A program made the translations under genes and the position numbers. The notes beneath the pieces were generated by a model. The model did not search any database and had not been told where the DNA came from. It was given only the letters and a program-made list of their open reading frames with translations. A stretch of DNA of 64,000 nucleotides, from the NCBI RefSeq assembly GCF_057098645.1, contig NZ_CM169472.1, one strand, 5' to 3'. Positions 9,097 to 21,700 of the stretch are shown piece after piece (the stretch's first letter is position 1; the number at the start of each line of letters is the position of its first letter).

Positions 9097-12000
9097 TTTG
9101 GGGATTGATGCGGCAGAGTTTAAAAATGAAATTCCCCGTATCAAAAACCTTCTGAATGGTGCCGCCAGCGATGCAGAACGGTCTTCTGCCCGTATGCAGC
9201 GTTTTATGGAGCGTCAGACTCAGGCCGCCCGGCAGACAACGCAGGCGGCTTCTTCGGCTGCAACAGCCGCCTCCGTCCATGCGCAGACGGTGGAGAAGAA
9301 CGCACAGGCTCATGAACGCATGGCCCGCGAGGTGGAGAAAACCCGCCAGCGCATGGAGGCGCTGAGCCAGAAAATGCGCGATGAACAGGCGCAGGCCATG
9401 GCTCTGGCGGAGGCTCAGGATAAAGCGGCTGCTGCGTTTTATCGTCAGATTGACAGTGTGAAACAGGCCAGTGCGGGGCTGCAGGAATTACAGCGTATTC
9501 AGCAGCAGATCCGACAGGCCAGAAACAGTGGCGGGATTGGTCAGCAGGATTATCTGGCGCTGATTTCTGAGGTTACGGCGAAAACCCGTGTTCTTACACA
9601 GGCTGAGGAAGAGGCTACCCGACAGAAAGTGGCGTTTATCCGTCAGCTTAAAGAGCAGGCAACCCGCCAGAATCTTTCTTCTTCTGAGTTGCTTCGTGCT
9701 AAGGCTGCCCAGCTGGGGGTAAGCAGTGCTGCAGAAGTGTATATCCGCAAAATGGAGCAGGCAGGAAAAGCCACGCATTCGCTGGGTCTGAAAAGTGCAG
9801 CGGCCCGCCAGGAGATAGGCGTTCTGATAGGTGAACTGGCTCGCGGCAATTTAGGTGCGCTGAGGGGATCCGGGATAACGCTGGCTAACCGTGCCGGATG
9901 GATAGACACACTGATGTCACCGAAAGGCATGATGCTGGGCGGGGTTATTGGCGGTATTGCCGCGGCCGTCTATGGTCTGGGTAAAGCCTGGTATGATGGT
10001 CAGAAGGAGGGGGAAGAATTTAACCGCCAGTTGTCGCTGACGGGGCATTATGCCGGAGTCACTGCCGGGCAGCTGTGGACGCTCAGTCGTGCTATTTCCG
10101 GGAATGGTATTACGCAACATGCTGCAGCCGGTGCGCTGGCTCAGGTGGTGGGGAGTGGTGCATTTCGTGGAAACGATATCGGTATGGTGGCGAGAGCTGC
10201 CGCACAGATGGAGCGATCGGTTGGCCAGTCGGTCAGCGATACCATAAATCAGTTTAAGCGGCTGAAGGATGATCCTGTAAATGCCGCGAAGGCTCTGGAC
10301 AATGAGCTGCATTTTCTTACTGCCACTCAGCTTGAGCAGATACGCGTCCTTGGGGAACAGGGGCGGTCCAGTGATGCGGCACGGATAGCCATGTCTGCAC
10401 TGGCAGAGGAAACCGGTCGGCGTACTGCGGATATTGATAATAACCTCAATGCGCTGGGCAGTACGCTGAAGTATCTGTCTGATTTATGGAGTCGTTTCTG
10501 GGATGCGGCCATGAATATTGGTCGTGAAGACTCGCTGGATGAACAGATTTCCGCTTTACAGGAGAAAGTGTCGCAGGCGAAAAGACTCCCCTGGACGGCA
10601 TCATCTTCTCAGGTTGAGTACGATCAGCAGCGTCTTAACGAGCTTCAGGAGAAAAAACGCCAGAAGGATTTGCAGGATGCAAAAGAGCAGGCAGAGCGGA
10701 ATTATCAGGAGCAACAGAAACGCCGTAATGCTGAAAATGCTGCACTGAACCGGATGAATGAAACGGAAGCAGCACGACATCAGCGTGAAATTGCGCGTAT
10801 TAATGCCATGCAGTACGCCGATCAGGCTGTCAGGGATGCGGCGATACAACGTGAAAATGAACGTTACGAGAAAGCCCTGGCATCCGGTAAGAAAAAAACA
10901 CGCGAACCCCGTAATGATGAGGCCACCCGGTTATTGCTGCAGTACAGTCAGCAACAGGCACAGGTGGAAGGACAGATTGCTGCTGCCAGACAGTCAGCAG
11001 GCATTGCCACGGAAAGGATGACAGAAGCGCATAAACAGCTTCTGGCTCTGCAGCAGCGCATCAGCGACCTGGACGGGAAAAAACTGACGGCAGATGAAAA
11101 GAGTGTGCTGGCCCGTAAAGATGAACTGATTCAGGCACTGACGCTGCTGGATGTAAAACAGCAGGAGCTTCAGAAACAGACGGCACTCAACGAGCTGAAG
11201 AAAAAAACAATTCAGCTGACCAGTCAACTGGCTGAAGAAGAGCGCGCTCAGCGTCAGCAACATGACCTGGATATCGCCACGGTGGGTATGGGTGATCAGC
11301 AGCGGCAGCGATATCAGGTACAACTGAGTCTTCGCCAGAAATACCAGCAACAGCTGGAACAGTTGAGGCGGGATAGTGAGCAGAAAGGAACATATAACAC
11401 GGATGACTACAGAAAGGCCGAGCAGGCGCTGACGGAGAGCCTGAACCGACAACTGAATGAGAATCGCCGTTACTGGCAACAGCTTGAAGTTGTGCAGGGT
11501 AACTGGAAAAACGGAGTCCTGCGTGCATTTCAGGATTTTACCGTGGATGCAGATAATACGGCAGGAACAGCAGAACAGGTGTTCTCGTCAGCCTTCAGCA
11601 ACATGGGAAATGGCCTGGCAACTTTTGTCACTACCGGCAAACTCAATTTCAAATCCTTCACCTCTTCTGTGCTGTCAGATATGGCGAAAATCCTGGCGCA
11701 GGCAACCATGATGAAATCGATAAAAGGGATTGGCAGTGTACTGGGATTTGATCTCAGCAGCCTTTCCCTGAATGCCAATGGGGGGATTTATCAGTCTGCT
11801 GATTTGAGTCGTTACAGTGGCACGGTGGTTAACCGTCCGACGTTTTTTGCTTTTGCAAAAGGCGCGGGTGTGATGGGGGAAGCGGGACCTGAAGCCATTC
11901 TGCCACTGCGTCGTGGTGCTGACGGTAAGCTGGGGGTTGTGGCGGATATTGGTGGTTCAGGTATGGCGATGTTTGCCCCGCAGTACAACATCGAGATCAA

Positions 12001-12133
12001 TAACGATGGCACGAACGGGCAGATAGGTCCGGCTGCCCTGAAGGTGGTTTATGACCTTGGGAAAAAAGCGGCAGCGGACTTTATGCAACAGCAGGCCCGT
12101 GATGGTGGTCGGTTAAGTGGAGCATATCGGTAA
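9068..12133 (+). CDS. H: Tail tape measure protein H
   Basis: About 1021 aa, coiled-coil-rich. The C-terminus (NDGTNGQIGPAALK.VYD) matches lambda gpH. Start chosen at MDQIANLVIDL, by analogy to lambda H MAEPVGDLVVDL. Confidence 0.85.
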   Translation: MDQIANLVIDLGIDAAEFKNEIPRIKNLLNGAASDAERSSARMQRFMERQTQAARQTTQAASSAATAASVHAQTVEKNAQAHERMAREVEKTRQRMEALSQKMRDEQAQAMALAEAQDKAAAAFYRQIDSVKQASAGLQELQRIQQQIRQARNSGGIGQQDYLALISEVTAKTRVLTQAEEEATRQKVAFIRQLKEQATRQNLSSSELLRAKAAQLGVSSAAEVYIRKMEQAGKATHSLGLKSAAARQEIGVLIGELARGNLGALRGSGITLANRAGWIDTLMSPKGMMLGGVIGGIAAAVYGLGKAWYDGQKEGEEFNRQLSLTGHYAGVTAGQLWTLSRAISGNGITQHAAAGALAQVVGSGAFRGNDIGMVARAAAQMERSVGQSVSDTINQFKRLKDDPVNAAKALDNELHFLTATQLEQIRVLGEQGRSSDAARIAMSALAEETGRRTADIDNNLNALGSTLKYLSDLWSRFWDAAMNIGREDSLDEQISALQEKVSQAKRLPWTASSSQVEYDQQRLNELQEKKRQKDLQDAKEQAERNYQEQQKRRNAENAALNRMNETEAARHQREIARINAMQYADQAVRDAAIQRENERYEKALASGKKKTREPRNDEATRLLLQYSQQQAQVEGQIAAARQSAGIATERMTEAHKQLLALQQRISDLDGKKLTADEKSVLARKDELIQALTLLDVKQQELQKQTALNELKKKTIQLTSQLAEEERAQRQQHDLDIATVGMGDQQRQRYQVQLSLRQKYQQQLEQLRRDSEQKGTYNTDDYRKAEQALTESLNRQLNENRRYWQQLEVVQGNWKNGVLRAFQDFTVDADNTAGTAEQVFSSAFSNMGNGLATFVTTGKLNFKSFTSSVLSDMAKILAQATMMKSIKGIGSVLGFDLSSLSLNANGGIYQSADLSRYSGTVVNRPTFFAFAKGAGVMGEAGPEAILPLRRGADGKLGVVADIGGSGMAMFAPQYNIEINNDGTNGQIGPAALKVVYDLGKKAAADFMQQQARDGGRLSGAYR

Positions 12134-12462
12134 TGGAGACGTTTCACTGGAAAGTGCGCCCGGATATGAATGTGGTATCAGAGCCGAAAGTGGTGACAGT
12201 GAAGCTGGGCGATGGTTATGAACAGCGTCGTGCGGCGGGACTGAATAACCAGTTGTCGACTTACAGCGTGACGATACGTGTTCGTAAATGTGAACACCCA
12301 TCTTTAAAAGCCTTTCTGGAACGGCACGGTGGCGTCCGTGCATTTCAGTGGACGCCACCTTATGACTGGAAACCGATTAGGGTGGTTTGTCGTAAATGGT
12401 CGGCAAGCGTGGGGGCGCTGTGGGTAACCATAACGGCAGATTTTGAACAGGTCGTGGCATAG
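12133..12462 (+). CDS. M: Minor tail protein M
   Basis: 109 aa, colinear with lambda gpM (FHWKVRPDMNV, GDGYEQR, TYSV, HGG, WTPPYDWK). Confidence 0.9.
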   Translation: METFHWKVRPDMNVVSEPKVVTVKLGDGYEQRRAAGLNNQLSTYSVTIRVRKCEHPSLKAFLERHGGVRAFQWTPPYDWKPIRVVCRKWSASVGALWVTITADFEQVVA

Positions 12463-12471
12463 GAGGCTCTG

Positions 12472-13170
12472 ATGCAGGATATTCCACAGGAAACACATCA
12501 TGAGACGACACGCCTCACTCAGTCAGCCCAGGTGGTGCTCTGGGAAATCGATCTGACAGAGGTCGGTGGTGAACGTTATTTTTTCTGTAATGAGCAGAAC
12601 GAAAAAGGTGAGCCGGTTACCTGGCAGGGGCGGCAGTATCAGGCATACCCCATTCAGGGGACGGGATTTGAACTGAATGGCAAGGGCAGTGCTGCCCGTC
12701 CGACACTGACGGTTTCTAACCTGCACGGCATGGTCACCGGGATGGCGGAAGACCTGCAGAGTCTGGTCGGCGGAACGGTGGTCAGGCGTAAGGTTTACGC
12801 CCGTTTTCTGGATGCGGTGAACTTCGTCAACGGAAACAGCGACGCCGATCCGGAGCAGGAGGTGATCAGCCGCTGGCGCATCGAGCAGTGCAGCGAACTG
12901 AGTGCGGTCAGTGCCTCCTTTGTGTTGTCCACACCGACGGAAACGGATGGTGCCGTTTTTCCGGGGCGCATCATGCTGGCCAACACCTGCACCTGGACCT
13001 ATCGCAGTGATGAGTGCGGTTATCACGGTCCGGCTGTCGCGGATGAATATGATCAGCCGACGTCCGATATCACGAAGGATAAATGCAGCAAATGCCTGAG
13101 TGGCTGTAAGTTCCGCAATAATGTCGGCAACTTTGGCGGCTTCCTTTCCATTAACAAACTTTCGCAGTAA
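12472..13170 (+). CDS. L: Minor tail protein L
   Basis: 232 aa, nearly identical to lambda gpL as I recall it. Confidence 0.9.
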   Translation: MQDIPQETHHETTRLTQSAQVVLWEIDLTEVGGERYFFCNEQNEKGEPVTWQGRQYQAYPIQGTGFELNGKGSAARPTLTVSNLHGMVTGMAEDLQSLVGGTVVRRKVYARFLDAVNFVNGNSDADPEQEVISRWRIEQCSELSAVSASFVLSTPTETDGAVFPGRIMLANTCTWTYRSDECGYHGPAVADEYDQPTSDITKDKCSKCLSGCKFRNNVGNFGGFLSINKLSQ

Positions 13171-13175
13171 ATCCC

Positions 13176-13919
13176 ATGACAGAGACAGAATCAGCGATTC
13201 TGGCGCACGCCCGGCGATGTGCGCCAGCGGAGTCGTGCGGCTTCGTGGTGAGAACGCCGGAAGGGGAAAGATATTTTCCCTGCGTGAATATCTCCGGTGA
13301 GCCGGAGGATTATTTCCGGATGTCGCCGGAGGACTGGCTGCGGGCAGAGATGCAGGGTGAGATTGTGGCGCTGGTCCACAGCCACCCCGGTGGCCTGCCC
13401 TGGCTGAGTGAGGCTGACCGGCGGCTGCAGGTGCAGAGTGATTTGCCATGGTGGCTGGTCTGCCGGGGGGCGATTCATAAATTCCGCTGTGTGCCGCATC
13501 TTACCGGGCGGCGCTTTGAGCACGGGGTGACGGATTGTTACACGCTGTTCCGGGACGCTTACCATCTGGCGGGGATTGAGATGCCGGATTTTCATCGTGA
13601 GGATGACTGGTGGCGTAACGGCCAGAATCTCTATCTGGATAATCTGGAGGCCACAGGACTGTATCAGGTGCCGTTGTCATCAGCACAACCGGGTGATGTG
13701 CTGCTGTGCTGTTTTGGTTCATCGGTGCCGAATCATGCCGCCATTTACTGTGGTGACGGCGAGCTGCTGCACCATATTCCTGAACAACTGAGCAAACGAG
13801 AGAGGTATACAGACAAATGGCAGCGACGCACACACTCCCTCTGGCGTCACCGGGCATGGCACGCATCTGCCTTTACGGGGATTTACAACGATTTGGCCGC
13901 CGCATCGACCTTCGTGTGA
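13176..13919 (+). CDS. K: Tail tip assembly protein K
   Basis: 247 aa, nearly identical to lambda gpK as I recall it. Confidence 0.9.
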   Translation: MTETESAILAHARRCAPAESCGFVVRTPEGERYFPCVNISGEPEDYFRMSPEDWLRAEMQGEIVALVHSHPGGLPWLSEADRRLQVQSDLPWWLVCRGAIHKFRCVPHLTGRRFEHGVTDCYTLFRDAYHLAGIEMPDFHREDDWWRNGQNLYLDNLEATGLYQVPLSSAQPGDVLLCCFGSSVPNHAAIYCGDGELLHHIPEQLSKRERYTDKWQRRTHSLWRHRAWHASAFTGIYNDLAAASTFV

Positions 13920-14458
13920 AAACGGGGGCTGAAGCCATCCGCGCACTGGCCACACAGCTCCCGGCGTTTCGTCAGAAACTGAGCGACGGCTGGTATCAGG
14001 TACGGATTGCCGGGCGTGATGCAGGCGAAAATGAATTATCAGCCCGTCTTAATGAACCGCTGGCAAATGGTGCTGTGATCCATATCGTGCCGCGTCTGGC
14101 AGGAGCCAAAAGTGGCGGTGTGTTTCAGGCTGTGCTGGGGGCGGCTGTTATGGCGGTTGCTATATGGATGCCGGGGGTAGGAATTATGGCGAGTAATCTG
14201 CTGTTTTCTCTCGGTGCCAGTATGACGCTTGGCGGTGTTGCACAGATGCTGGCCCCTAAACCCAAAACCCCCCGCACACAGACAACGGATAACGGCAAAC
14301 AGAACACCTATTTTTCTTCACTGGATAATATGGTTGCCCAGGGCAATGTCCTGCCCGTTCTGTACGGTGAAATGCGTGTGGGGTCGCGGGTGGTATCTCA
14401 GGAGATCAGCACGGCAGATGAAGGTGATGGTGGTCAGGTTGTGGTGATTGGTCGCTGA
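13817..14458 (+). CDS. I: Tail tip assembly protein I
   Basis: 213 aa. Its N-terminus MAATHTLPLASPGMARICLYGDLQRFGRRIDLRV matches lambda gpI. It overlaps the K 3' end as in lambda. Confidence 0.85.
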   Translation: MAATHTLPLASPGMARICLYGDLQRFGRRIDLRVKTGAEAIRALATQLPAFRQKLSDGWYQVRIAGRDAGENELSARLNEPLANGAVIHIVPRLAGAKSGGVFQAVLGAAVMAVAIWMPGVGIMASNLLFSLGASMTLGGVAQMLAPKPKTPRTQTTDNGKQNTYFSSLDNMVAQGNVLPVLYGEMRVGSRVVSQEISTADEGDGGQVVVIGR

Positions 14459-14518
14459 TGAAAAATGTTTTATGTGAAACCGCCTGCGGGCGGTTTTGTC
14501 GTTTATGGAGCGTGACGA

Positions 14519-17500
14519 ATGGGTAAAGGCAGCAGTAAGGGGCATACCCCGCGCGAAGCGAAGGACAACCTGAAATCCACGCAGTTGCTGAGTGTGATTG
14601 ATGCCATCAGTGAAGGGCCGGTTGAAGGTCCGGTGGATGGATTAAAAAGCGTGCTGCTGAACAGTACGCCGGTGCTGGACAGTGAGGGGAATACCAACAT
14701 CGCCGGTGTCACGGTGGTGTTCCGGGCTGGTGAGCAGGAGCAGACTCCGCCGGAGGGATTTGAATCCTCCGGCTCCGAGACGGTGCTGGGTACGGAAGTG
14801 AAATACGACACGCCGATCACCCGCACCATCACGTCGGCAAACATCGACCGTCTGCGCTTTACCTTCGGTGTACAGGCACTGGTGGAAACCACCTCAAAGG
14901 GTGACAGGAATCCGTCGGAAGTCCGTCTGCTGGTTCAGATACAACGTAACGGTGGCTGGGTGACGGAAAAAGACATCACCATTAAGGGCAAAACCACCTC
15001 GCAGTATCTGGCCTCGGTGGTGGTGGGTAGCCTGCCGCCGCGCCCGTTTAATATCCGGATGCGCAGGATGACGCCGGACAGCACCACAGACCAGCTGCAG
15101 AACAAAACGCTCTGGTCGTCATACACCGAAATCATCGATGTGAAACAGTGCTACCCGAACACGGCACTGGTCGGCGTGCAGGTGGACTCGGAGCAGTTCG
15201 GCAGCCAGCAGGTGAGCCGTAATTATCATCTTCGCGGGCGCATTCTGCAGGTGCCGTCGAACTATAACCCGCAGACGCGGCAATACAGCGGTATCTGGGA
15301 CGGAACGTTAAAGCCAGCATACAGCAACAACATGGCCTGGTGTCTGTGGGATATGCTGACCCACCCGCGCTACGGCATGGGGAAACGTCTTGGTGCGGCG
15401 GATGTGGACAAATGGGCGCTGTATGTCATCGGCCAGTATTGCGACCAGTCGGTGCCGGACGGTTTTGGCGGCACGGAGTCGCGCATCACCTGTAACGCTT
15501 ACCTGACCACACAGCGTAAGGCGTGGGATGTTCTCAGTGATTTCTGCTCGGCGATGCGCTGTATGCCGGTATGGAACGGGCAGACGCTGACGTTCGTGCA
15601 GGACCGACCGTCGGATAAGGTGTGGACCTATAACCGCAGTAATGTGGTGATGCCGGATGATGGCGCGCCGTTCCGCTACAGTTTCAGCGCCCTGAAGGAC
15701 CGCCATAATGCCGTTGAGGTGAACTGGATTGACCCGAATAACGGCTGGGAGACGGCGACAGAGCTTGTGGAGGACACGCAGGCCATTCTCCGTTACGGTC
15801 GTAACGTCACGAAGATGGATGCCTTTGGCTGTACCAGCCGGGGGCAGGCACACCGCGCCGGGCTGTGGCTGATTAAAACGGAGCTGCTGGAAACGCAGAC
15901 TGTGGACTTCAGCGTGGGCGCAGAAGGGCTTCGCCATGTACCGGGCGATGTCATTGAAATCTGCGATGATGACTATGCGGGTATCAGCGTCGGCGGGCGC
16001 GTGCTTGCGGTAAACAGCCAGACCCGGACACTGACGCTCGACCGTGAAATCATGCTGCCATCCTCCGGAACCACGCTGATAAGCCTGGTTGACGGAAATG
16101 GCAATCCGGTCAGCGTGGAGGTCCAGTCCGTCACCGACGGCGTGAAGGTGAAAGTGAGCCGTGTTCCTGACGGCGTTGCCGAATACAGCGTGTGGGGGCT
16201 GAAGCTGCCGACGCTGCGCCAGCGCCTGTTCCGCTGCGTGAGTATCCGTGAGAACGATGACGGCACGTATGCCATCACCGCCGTGCAGCATGTACCGGAG
16301 AAAGAAGCCATCGTGGATAACGGGGCGCACTTTGACGGTGACCAGAGCGGCACGGTGAATGGTGTCACGCCGCCAGCAGTGCAGCACCTGACCGCCGAAG
16401 TCACTGCAGACAGCGGGGAATATCAGGTGCTGGCGCGATGGGACACACCGAAGGTGGTGAAGGGCGTGAGCTTCCTGCTCCGTCTGACCGTAACAGCGGA
16501 TGACGGCAGTGAGCGGCTGGTCAGCACGGCCCGGACGACGGAAACCACTTACCGCTTCACACAACTGGCGCTGGGGAACTACAGGCTGACAGTCCGGGCA
16601 GTAAATGCGTGGGGGCAGCAGGGCGATCCGGCGTCGGTATCGTTCCGGATTGCCGCACCGGCAGCGCCGTCGCGGATTGAGCTGACGCCGGGCTATTTTC
16701 AGATAACCGCCACGCCGCATCTTGCGGTTTATGATCCGACGGTACAGTTTGAGTTCTGGTTCTCGGAAAAGCGGATTGCGGATATCAGGCAGGTTGAAAC
16801 CACAGCACGCTATCTTGGCACGGCGCTGTACTGGATAGCCGCCAGTATCAATATCAAACCGGGCCATGATTATTACTTTTATATCCGCAGTGTGAACACC
16901 GTTGGCAAATCGGCATTCGTGGAGGCTGTTGGTCAGCCGAGTGATGATGCATCCGGTTATCTGGATTTTTTCAAAGGCGAGATAGGGAAAACCCATCTGG
17001 CTCAGGAGCTGTGGACGCAGATTGATAACGGTCAGCTTGCGCCTGACCTGGCTGAAATCAGGACGTCCATTACGGATGTCAGCAATGAAATCACGCAGAC
17101 CGTCAATAAGAAACTGGAAGACCAGAGTGCTGCAATTCAGCAGATACAGAAGGTTCAGGTTGATACAAATAATAACCTGAACAGCATGTGGGCTGTGAAG
17201 CTGCAGCAGATGCAGGACGGACGCCTTTATATCGCGGGTATTGGTGCCGGTATTGAGAATACCCCTGACGGCATGCAGAGTCAGGTGCTGCTGGCGGCGG
17301 ACAGGATTGCGATGGTTAATCCTGCGAATGGCAACACAAAACCGATGTTTGTTGGTCAGGGCGATCAGATATTCATGAACGACGTGTTCCTGAAACGCCT
17401 GACGGCTCCCACCATTACCAGCGGTGGAAATCCGCCGGCATTTTCCCTGACACCAGACGGAAAGCTGACCGCTAAAAATGCGGATATCAGCGGTAATGTG

Positions 17501-18001
17501 AATGCAAATTCAGGGACGCTCAACAATGTCACGATTAATGAAAACTGTCAGATTAAGGGGAAACTGTCAGCCAATCAGATTGAAGGCGATATTGTCAAAA
17601 CGGTCAGCAAGTCTTTCCCCTGCACGAACAGTTATGCCAGTGGCACCATCACGGTAAGAATCAGTGATGATCAGAAATTTGACCGGCAGGTCATGATACC
17701 GCCAGTGTTATTCCGCGGTGGTAAGCATGAGAATTTCAACAGTAATAACCAACAGTCATACTGGTATTCAACCTGCCGGTTAAGAGTGACCCGCAATGGT
17801 CAGGAGATTTTTAAGCAGTCCACGACGGATGCTCAGGGCGTATTTTCCTCAGTTATAGATATGCCTGCCGGACAGGGGACGCTGACACTGACATTCACCG
17901 TATCTTCATCAGGAGCGAATAACTGGACACCAACAACCAGTATCAGCGATCTGCTGGTTGTGGTGATGAAAAAATCCACAGCAGGTATCAGTATCAGCTG
18001 A
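14519..18001 (+). CDS. J: Tip attachment / host specificity protein J
   Basis: 1160 aa in the lambda J position after I, with SD GGAG upstream. Receptor specificity of the C-terminus cannot be assigned from sequence. Confidence 0.9.
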   Translation: MGKGSSKGHTPREAKDNLKSTQLLSVIDAISEGPVEGPVDGLKSVLLNSTPVLDSEGNTNIAGVTVVFRAGEQEQTPPEGFESSGSETVLGTEVKYDTPITRTITSANIDRLRFTFGVQALVETTSKGDRNPSEVRLLVQIQRNGGWVTEKDITIKGKTTSQYLASVVVGSLPPRPFNIRMRRMTPDSTTDQLQNKTLWSSYTEIIDVKQCYPNTALVGVQVDSEQFGSQQVSRNYHLRGRILQVPSNYNPQTRQYSGIWDGTLKPAYSNNMAWCLWDMLTHPRYGMGKRLGAADVDKWALYVIGQYCDQSVPDGFGGTESRITCNAYLTTQRKAWDVLSDFCSAMRCMPVWNGQTLTFVQDRPSDKVWTYNRSNVVMPDDGAPFRYSFSALKDRHNAVEVNWIDPNNGWETATELVEDTQAILRYGRNVTKMDAFGCTSRGQAHRAGLWLIKTELLETQTVDFSVGAEGLRHVPGDVIEICDDDYAGISVGGRVLAVNSQTRTLTLDREIMLPSSGTTLISLVDGNGNPVSVEVQSVTDGVKVKVSRVPDGVAEYSVWGLKLPTLRQRLFRCVSIRENDDGTYAITAVQHVPEKEAIVDNGAHFDGDQSGTVNGVTPPAVQHLTAEVTADSGEYQVLARWDTPKVVKGVSFLLRLTVTADDGSERLVSTARTTETTYRFTQLALGNYRLTVRAVNAWGQQGDPASVSFRIAAPAAPSRIELTPGYFQITATPHLAVYDPTVQFEFWFSEKRIADIRQVETTARYLGTALYWIAASINIKPGHDYYFYIRSVNTVGKSAFVEAVGQPSDDASGYLDFFKGEIGKTHLAQELWTQIDNGQLAPDLAEIRTSITDVSNEITQTVNKKLEDQSAAIQQIQKVQVDTNNNLNSMWAVKLQQMQDGRLYIAGIGAGIENTPDGMQSQVLLAADRIAMVNPANGNTKPMFVGQGDQIFMNDVFLKRLTAPTITSGGNPPAFSLTPDGKLTAKNADISGNVNANSGTLNNVTINENCQIKGKLSANQIEGDIVKTVSKSFPCTNSYASGTITVRISDDQKFDRQVMIPPVLFRGGKHENFNSNNQQSYWYSTCRLRVTRNGQEIFKQSTTDAQGVFSSVIDMPAGQGTLTLTFTVSSSGANNWTPTTSISDLLVVVMKKSTAGISIS

Positions 18002-18019
18002 ATTTTATAACCCAGAACG

Positions 18020-18043
18020 GGCGTCAGAAATGACGCCTTTTTT
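18020..18043 (+). terminator. Rho-independent terminator after J
   Basis: GGCGTCA-GAAA-TGACGCC followed by TTTTTT. Confidence 0.7.
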
Positions 18044-18067
18044 ATTGCAGAAAAGCGAGAGGTAATT

Positions 18068-18667
18068 ATGCGTAAACTTTATGCCGCCATTTTGTCCGCA
18101 GCCATTTGTCTGGCCGTATCCGGTGCGCCTGCATGGGCGTCTGAACATCAGTCCACGCTGAGCGCGGGGTATCTTCATGCCCGGACGAACGTTCCCGGCG
18201 GTGATGATCTGAACGGGATTAACGTGAAATACCGTTATGAGTTTACGGACACACTGGGGATGGTGACGTCGTTCAGCTATGCAGGAGACAAGAATCGCCA
18301 GATTACCCGTTACAGCGATACCCGCTGGCATGAAGATTCCATTCGTAACCGCTGGTTCAGCGTAATGGCGGGGCCGTCTGTGCGCGTGAATGAATGGTTC
18401 AGCGCGTATGCGATGGCGGGTGTGGCTTACAGCCGTGTGTCGACTTTCTCCGGGGATTATCTCCGCGTAACTGACAACAAGGGGAAAAAGCACGATGTGC
18501 TGACCGGAAGTGATGACGGTCGCCACAGCAACACGTCTCTGGCGTGGGGAGCTGGCGTGCAGTTTAACCCGACCGAATCCGTGGCCATTGATGTCGCTTA
18601 TGAAGGCTCCGGCAGTGGTGACTGGCGCACTGACGGTTTCATCGTGGGTGTCGGTTATAAATTCTGA
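18068..18667 (+). CDS. lom: Lom outer-membrane protein (Ail/PagC/Lom family) moron
   Basis: 199 aa with signal peptide. The C-terminus [25 protein letters not shown] matches lambda Lom. Own SD GAGAGG. Confidence 0.85.
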   Translation: MRKLYAAILSAAICLAVSGAPAWASEHQSTLSAGYLHARTNVPGGDDLNGINVKYRYEFTDTLGMVTSFSYAGDKNRQITRYSDTRWHEDSIRNRWFSVMAGPSVRVNEWFSAYAMAGVAYSRVSTFSGDYLRVTDNKGKKHDVLTGSDDGRHSNTSLAWGAGVQFNPTESVAIDVAYEGSGSGDWRTDGFIVGVGYKF

Positions 18668-18693
18668 TTAGCCAGGTAACACAGTGTTATGAC

Positions 18694-18720
18694 AGCCCGC
18701 CGGTTCAGGCGGGCTTTTTT
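18694..18720 (+). terminator. Rho-independent terminator after lom
   Basis: AGCCCGCC-GGTTCAG-GCGGGCT followed by TTTTTT. Confidence 0.75.
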
Positions 18721-18725
18721 GTGGG

Positions 18726-21700
18726 GTGAATATGGCAGTAAAGATTTCAGGTGTACTGAAAGACGGCACAGGAAAACCGGTACAGAACTGCACAATCCAG
18801 CTGAAAGCAAAACGTAACAGCACCACGGTGGTGGTGAACACGCTGGCCTCAGAAAATCCGGATGAAGCCGGGCGTTACAGCATGGACGTTGAGTACGGGC
18901 AGTACAGCGTTATTCTGTTGGTGGAGGGATTCCCGCCGTCACATGCCGGGACCATCACCGTGTATGAAGATTCCCGACCCGGTACGCTGAATGATTTTCT
19001 CGGTGCCATGACGGAGGATGATGCCCGTCCTGAGGCACTGCGCCGTTTTGAACTGATGGTGGAAGAGGTGGCGCGTAACGCGTCCGCGGTGGCACAGAAC
19101 ACGGCAGCCGCGAAGAAGTCAGCCAGCGATGCCGGCACATCAGCCCGTGAGGCGGCAACCCATGCGACTGATGCTGCAGGCTCAGCACGCGCAGCCAGCA
19201 CGTCAGCCGGACAGGCCGCGTCGTCGGCTCAGTCAGCGTCTTCCAGCGCAGGAACGGCATCAACAAAGGCCAGTGAAGCATCGAAAAGTGCTGCTGCTGC
19301 AGAGTCCTCAAAAAGCGCGGCGGCTACCAGTGCCGGTGCGGCGAAAACGTCAGAAACGAATGCTGCAGCGTCACAAAAATCTGCAGCCACTTCTGCATCC
19401 ACCGCGACCACGAAAGCGTCAGAAGCTGCCACCTCAGCCCGGGATGCAGCGGCCTCAAAAGAGGCAGCGAAATCATCAGAAACGAGCGCAGCCTCGAGCG
19501 CCAGTAATGCCGCTTCCTCGGCAACAGCGGCAGGAAATTCCGCGAAGGCGGCAAAAACGTCCGAGACGAACGCCAGGTCTTCTGAAACGGCAGCGGAACA
19601 GAGCGCCTCAGCTGCGGCAGACTCTGAGACAACAGCTGCATCATCGGCCCGTGAGGCGTCCATTAAGGCAGAGGAGGCAGCAGTCAGTGCCACCGCCGCC
19701 GGAAAATCGGCAGAAAGCGCCGCATCATCCGCTTCAACAGCCACAACGAAGGCTGGCGAAGCCACTGAACAGGCCAGCGCAGCAGCGAGGTCTGCTTCCG
19801 CAGCGAAGACATCCGAAACGAACGCGAAAGCGTCGGAAACCAGCGCAGAATCCTCAAAAACGGCTGCCGCATCGTCCGCCAGTTCGGCGGCGTCATCGGC
19901 ATCATCGGCGTCTGCTTCAAAAGATGAGGCGACCAGACAGGCGTCAGCAGCGAGGGGCAGCGCCACGACGGCATCCACGAAGGCGACAGAGGCTGCTGGC
20001 AGTGCGGCAGCGGCAGCACAGAGCAAAAGTACGGCAGAATCCGCAGCAACGCGCGCCGAGACAGCAGCAAAACGGGCAGAGGATATTGCATCCGCCGTGG
20101 CGCTTGAGGATGCGAGCACGACGAAAAAGGGGATAGTACAGCTCAGCAGTGCGACCAACAGCACTTCCGAGTCACTGGCGGCAACGCCAAAAGCCGTTAA
20201 GGCCGCGTATGACCTGGCTAACGGGAAATACACCGCACAGGATGCAACGACAGCACAGAAAGGGATAATCCAGCTAAGCAGCGCGACCAACAGCACGTCT
20301 GAAACGCTGGCGGCAACGCCAAAGGCAGTAAAAGCAGCCAATGACAATGCTGAGAAACGTCTGCAGAAAGATCAGAACGGTGCGGATATCCCTGGCAAAG
20401 ACACCTTTACGAAAAATATTGGTGCCTGCCGTGCCTTCGGTGGGTCAGTAAGCACAACAACAGGAAACTGGACGACTGCACAGTTTATCGAGTGGCTGGA
20501 TTCTCAGGGAGCATTTAACCATCCATACTGGATGTGCAAGGGTTCCTGGTCTTATGGCAATAATAAAATCATTACTGATACTGGCTGCGGTAATATTCAT
20601 CTCGCCGGAGCTGTCATTGAAGTAATGGGGATAAAGTCAGCGATGACGATCCGCATTACCACACCGACCACCTCCACTGGTGGTGGAACAACTAACGCCC
20701 AGTTTACCTATATTAATCACGGAACAGATTATTCACCTGGCTGGCGAAGGGACTATAACTCCAGAAATAAGCCAACGGCATCAGAGATCGGGGCGTTACC
20801 GTCAGGTGGAACAGCAGTATCATCAGTTAATCTGTCTTCAAAAGGTCGGGTAACCGCGCTGACAGACAATACGCAGGGGGCAACAGGTCTTGAGTTATAC
20901 GAGGTGTATAACAACGGATATCCAACAGCGTATGGAAATATCATTCACCTGAAAGGGATGACAGCCGTTGGCGAAGGTGAGTTACTCATCGGCTGGAGTG
21001 GTACAAGCGGTGCTCATGCTCCGGCATTTATTCGTTCACGACGGGATACGACCGACGCAAACTGGTCGCCGTGGGCGCAGCTTTACACCTCGGCTCATCC
21101 TCCTGCAGAGTTTTATCCAGTCGGTGCACCAATCCCGTGGCCATCAGATACCGTTCCGTCTGGTTATGCCCTGATGCAGGGGCAGACTTTTGACAAATCT
21201 GCTTACCCGAAACTTGCAGCCGCTTATCCGTCAGGCGTGATCCCTGATATGCGTGGCTGGACGATTAAGGGCAAGCCCGCCAGTGATCGAGCCGTATTGT
21301 CTCAGGAACAGGACGGCATTAAATCACACACCCACAGCGCCAGCGTATCCAGTACGGATTTGGGGACGAAAACCACATCGTCGTTTGATTACGGCACTAA
21401 ATCCACGAATAACACTGGTGCGCATACCCATAGTGTTAGCGGTACGGCTGCTTCAGCCGGTGCACATACCCATTCGATGACATTTGTTTCAGGTGGTTCC
21501 AGTGGTGCTCCGGGAAGTGGATCACCTGATTACTCTAAATACAGTGTTAACACTTCTTCTGCAGGCGCTCATACGCACTCTGTATCGGGTACTGCTGCAA
21601 GCGCAGGTGCACACGCACATACTGTCGGTATTGGTGCTCATACGCACTCCGTTGCGATTGGTTCACATGGACATACCATCACCGTTAACGCTGCTGGTAA

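Noticed and set aside
12523-13449. 308-aa minus-strand ORF overlapping genes L and K
   Set aside because: Antisense to near-lambda L/K coding sequence, and its Pro/Arg/Ala-rich composition is typical of a frame artefact.
15308-16996. 562-aa ORF on the minus strand inside gene J
   Set aside because: It is fully antisense to a gene I recognise confidently, in GC-rich, codon-biased DNA where long antisense frames arise by chance. No RBS or motif was found.
19129-20347. 335-aa plus-strand and 372-aa minus-strand ORFs inside stf
   Set aside because: They come from the repetitive GCN-rich shaft region read in the wrong frame or strand, giving Arg/Pro-rich or Ala-rich low-complexity products.
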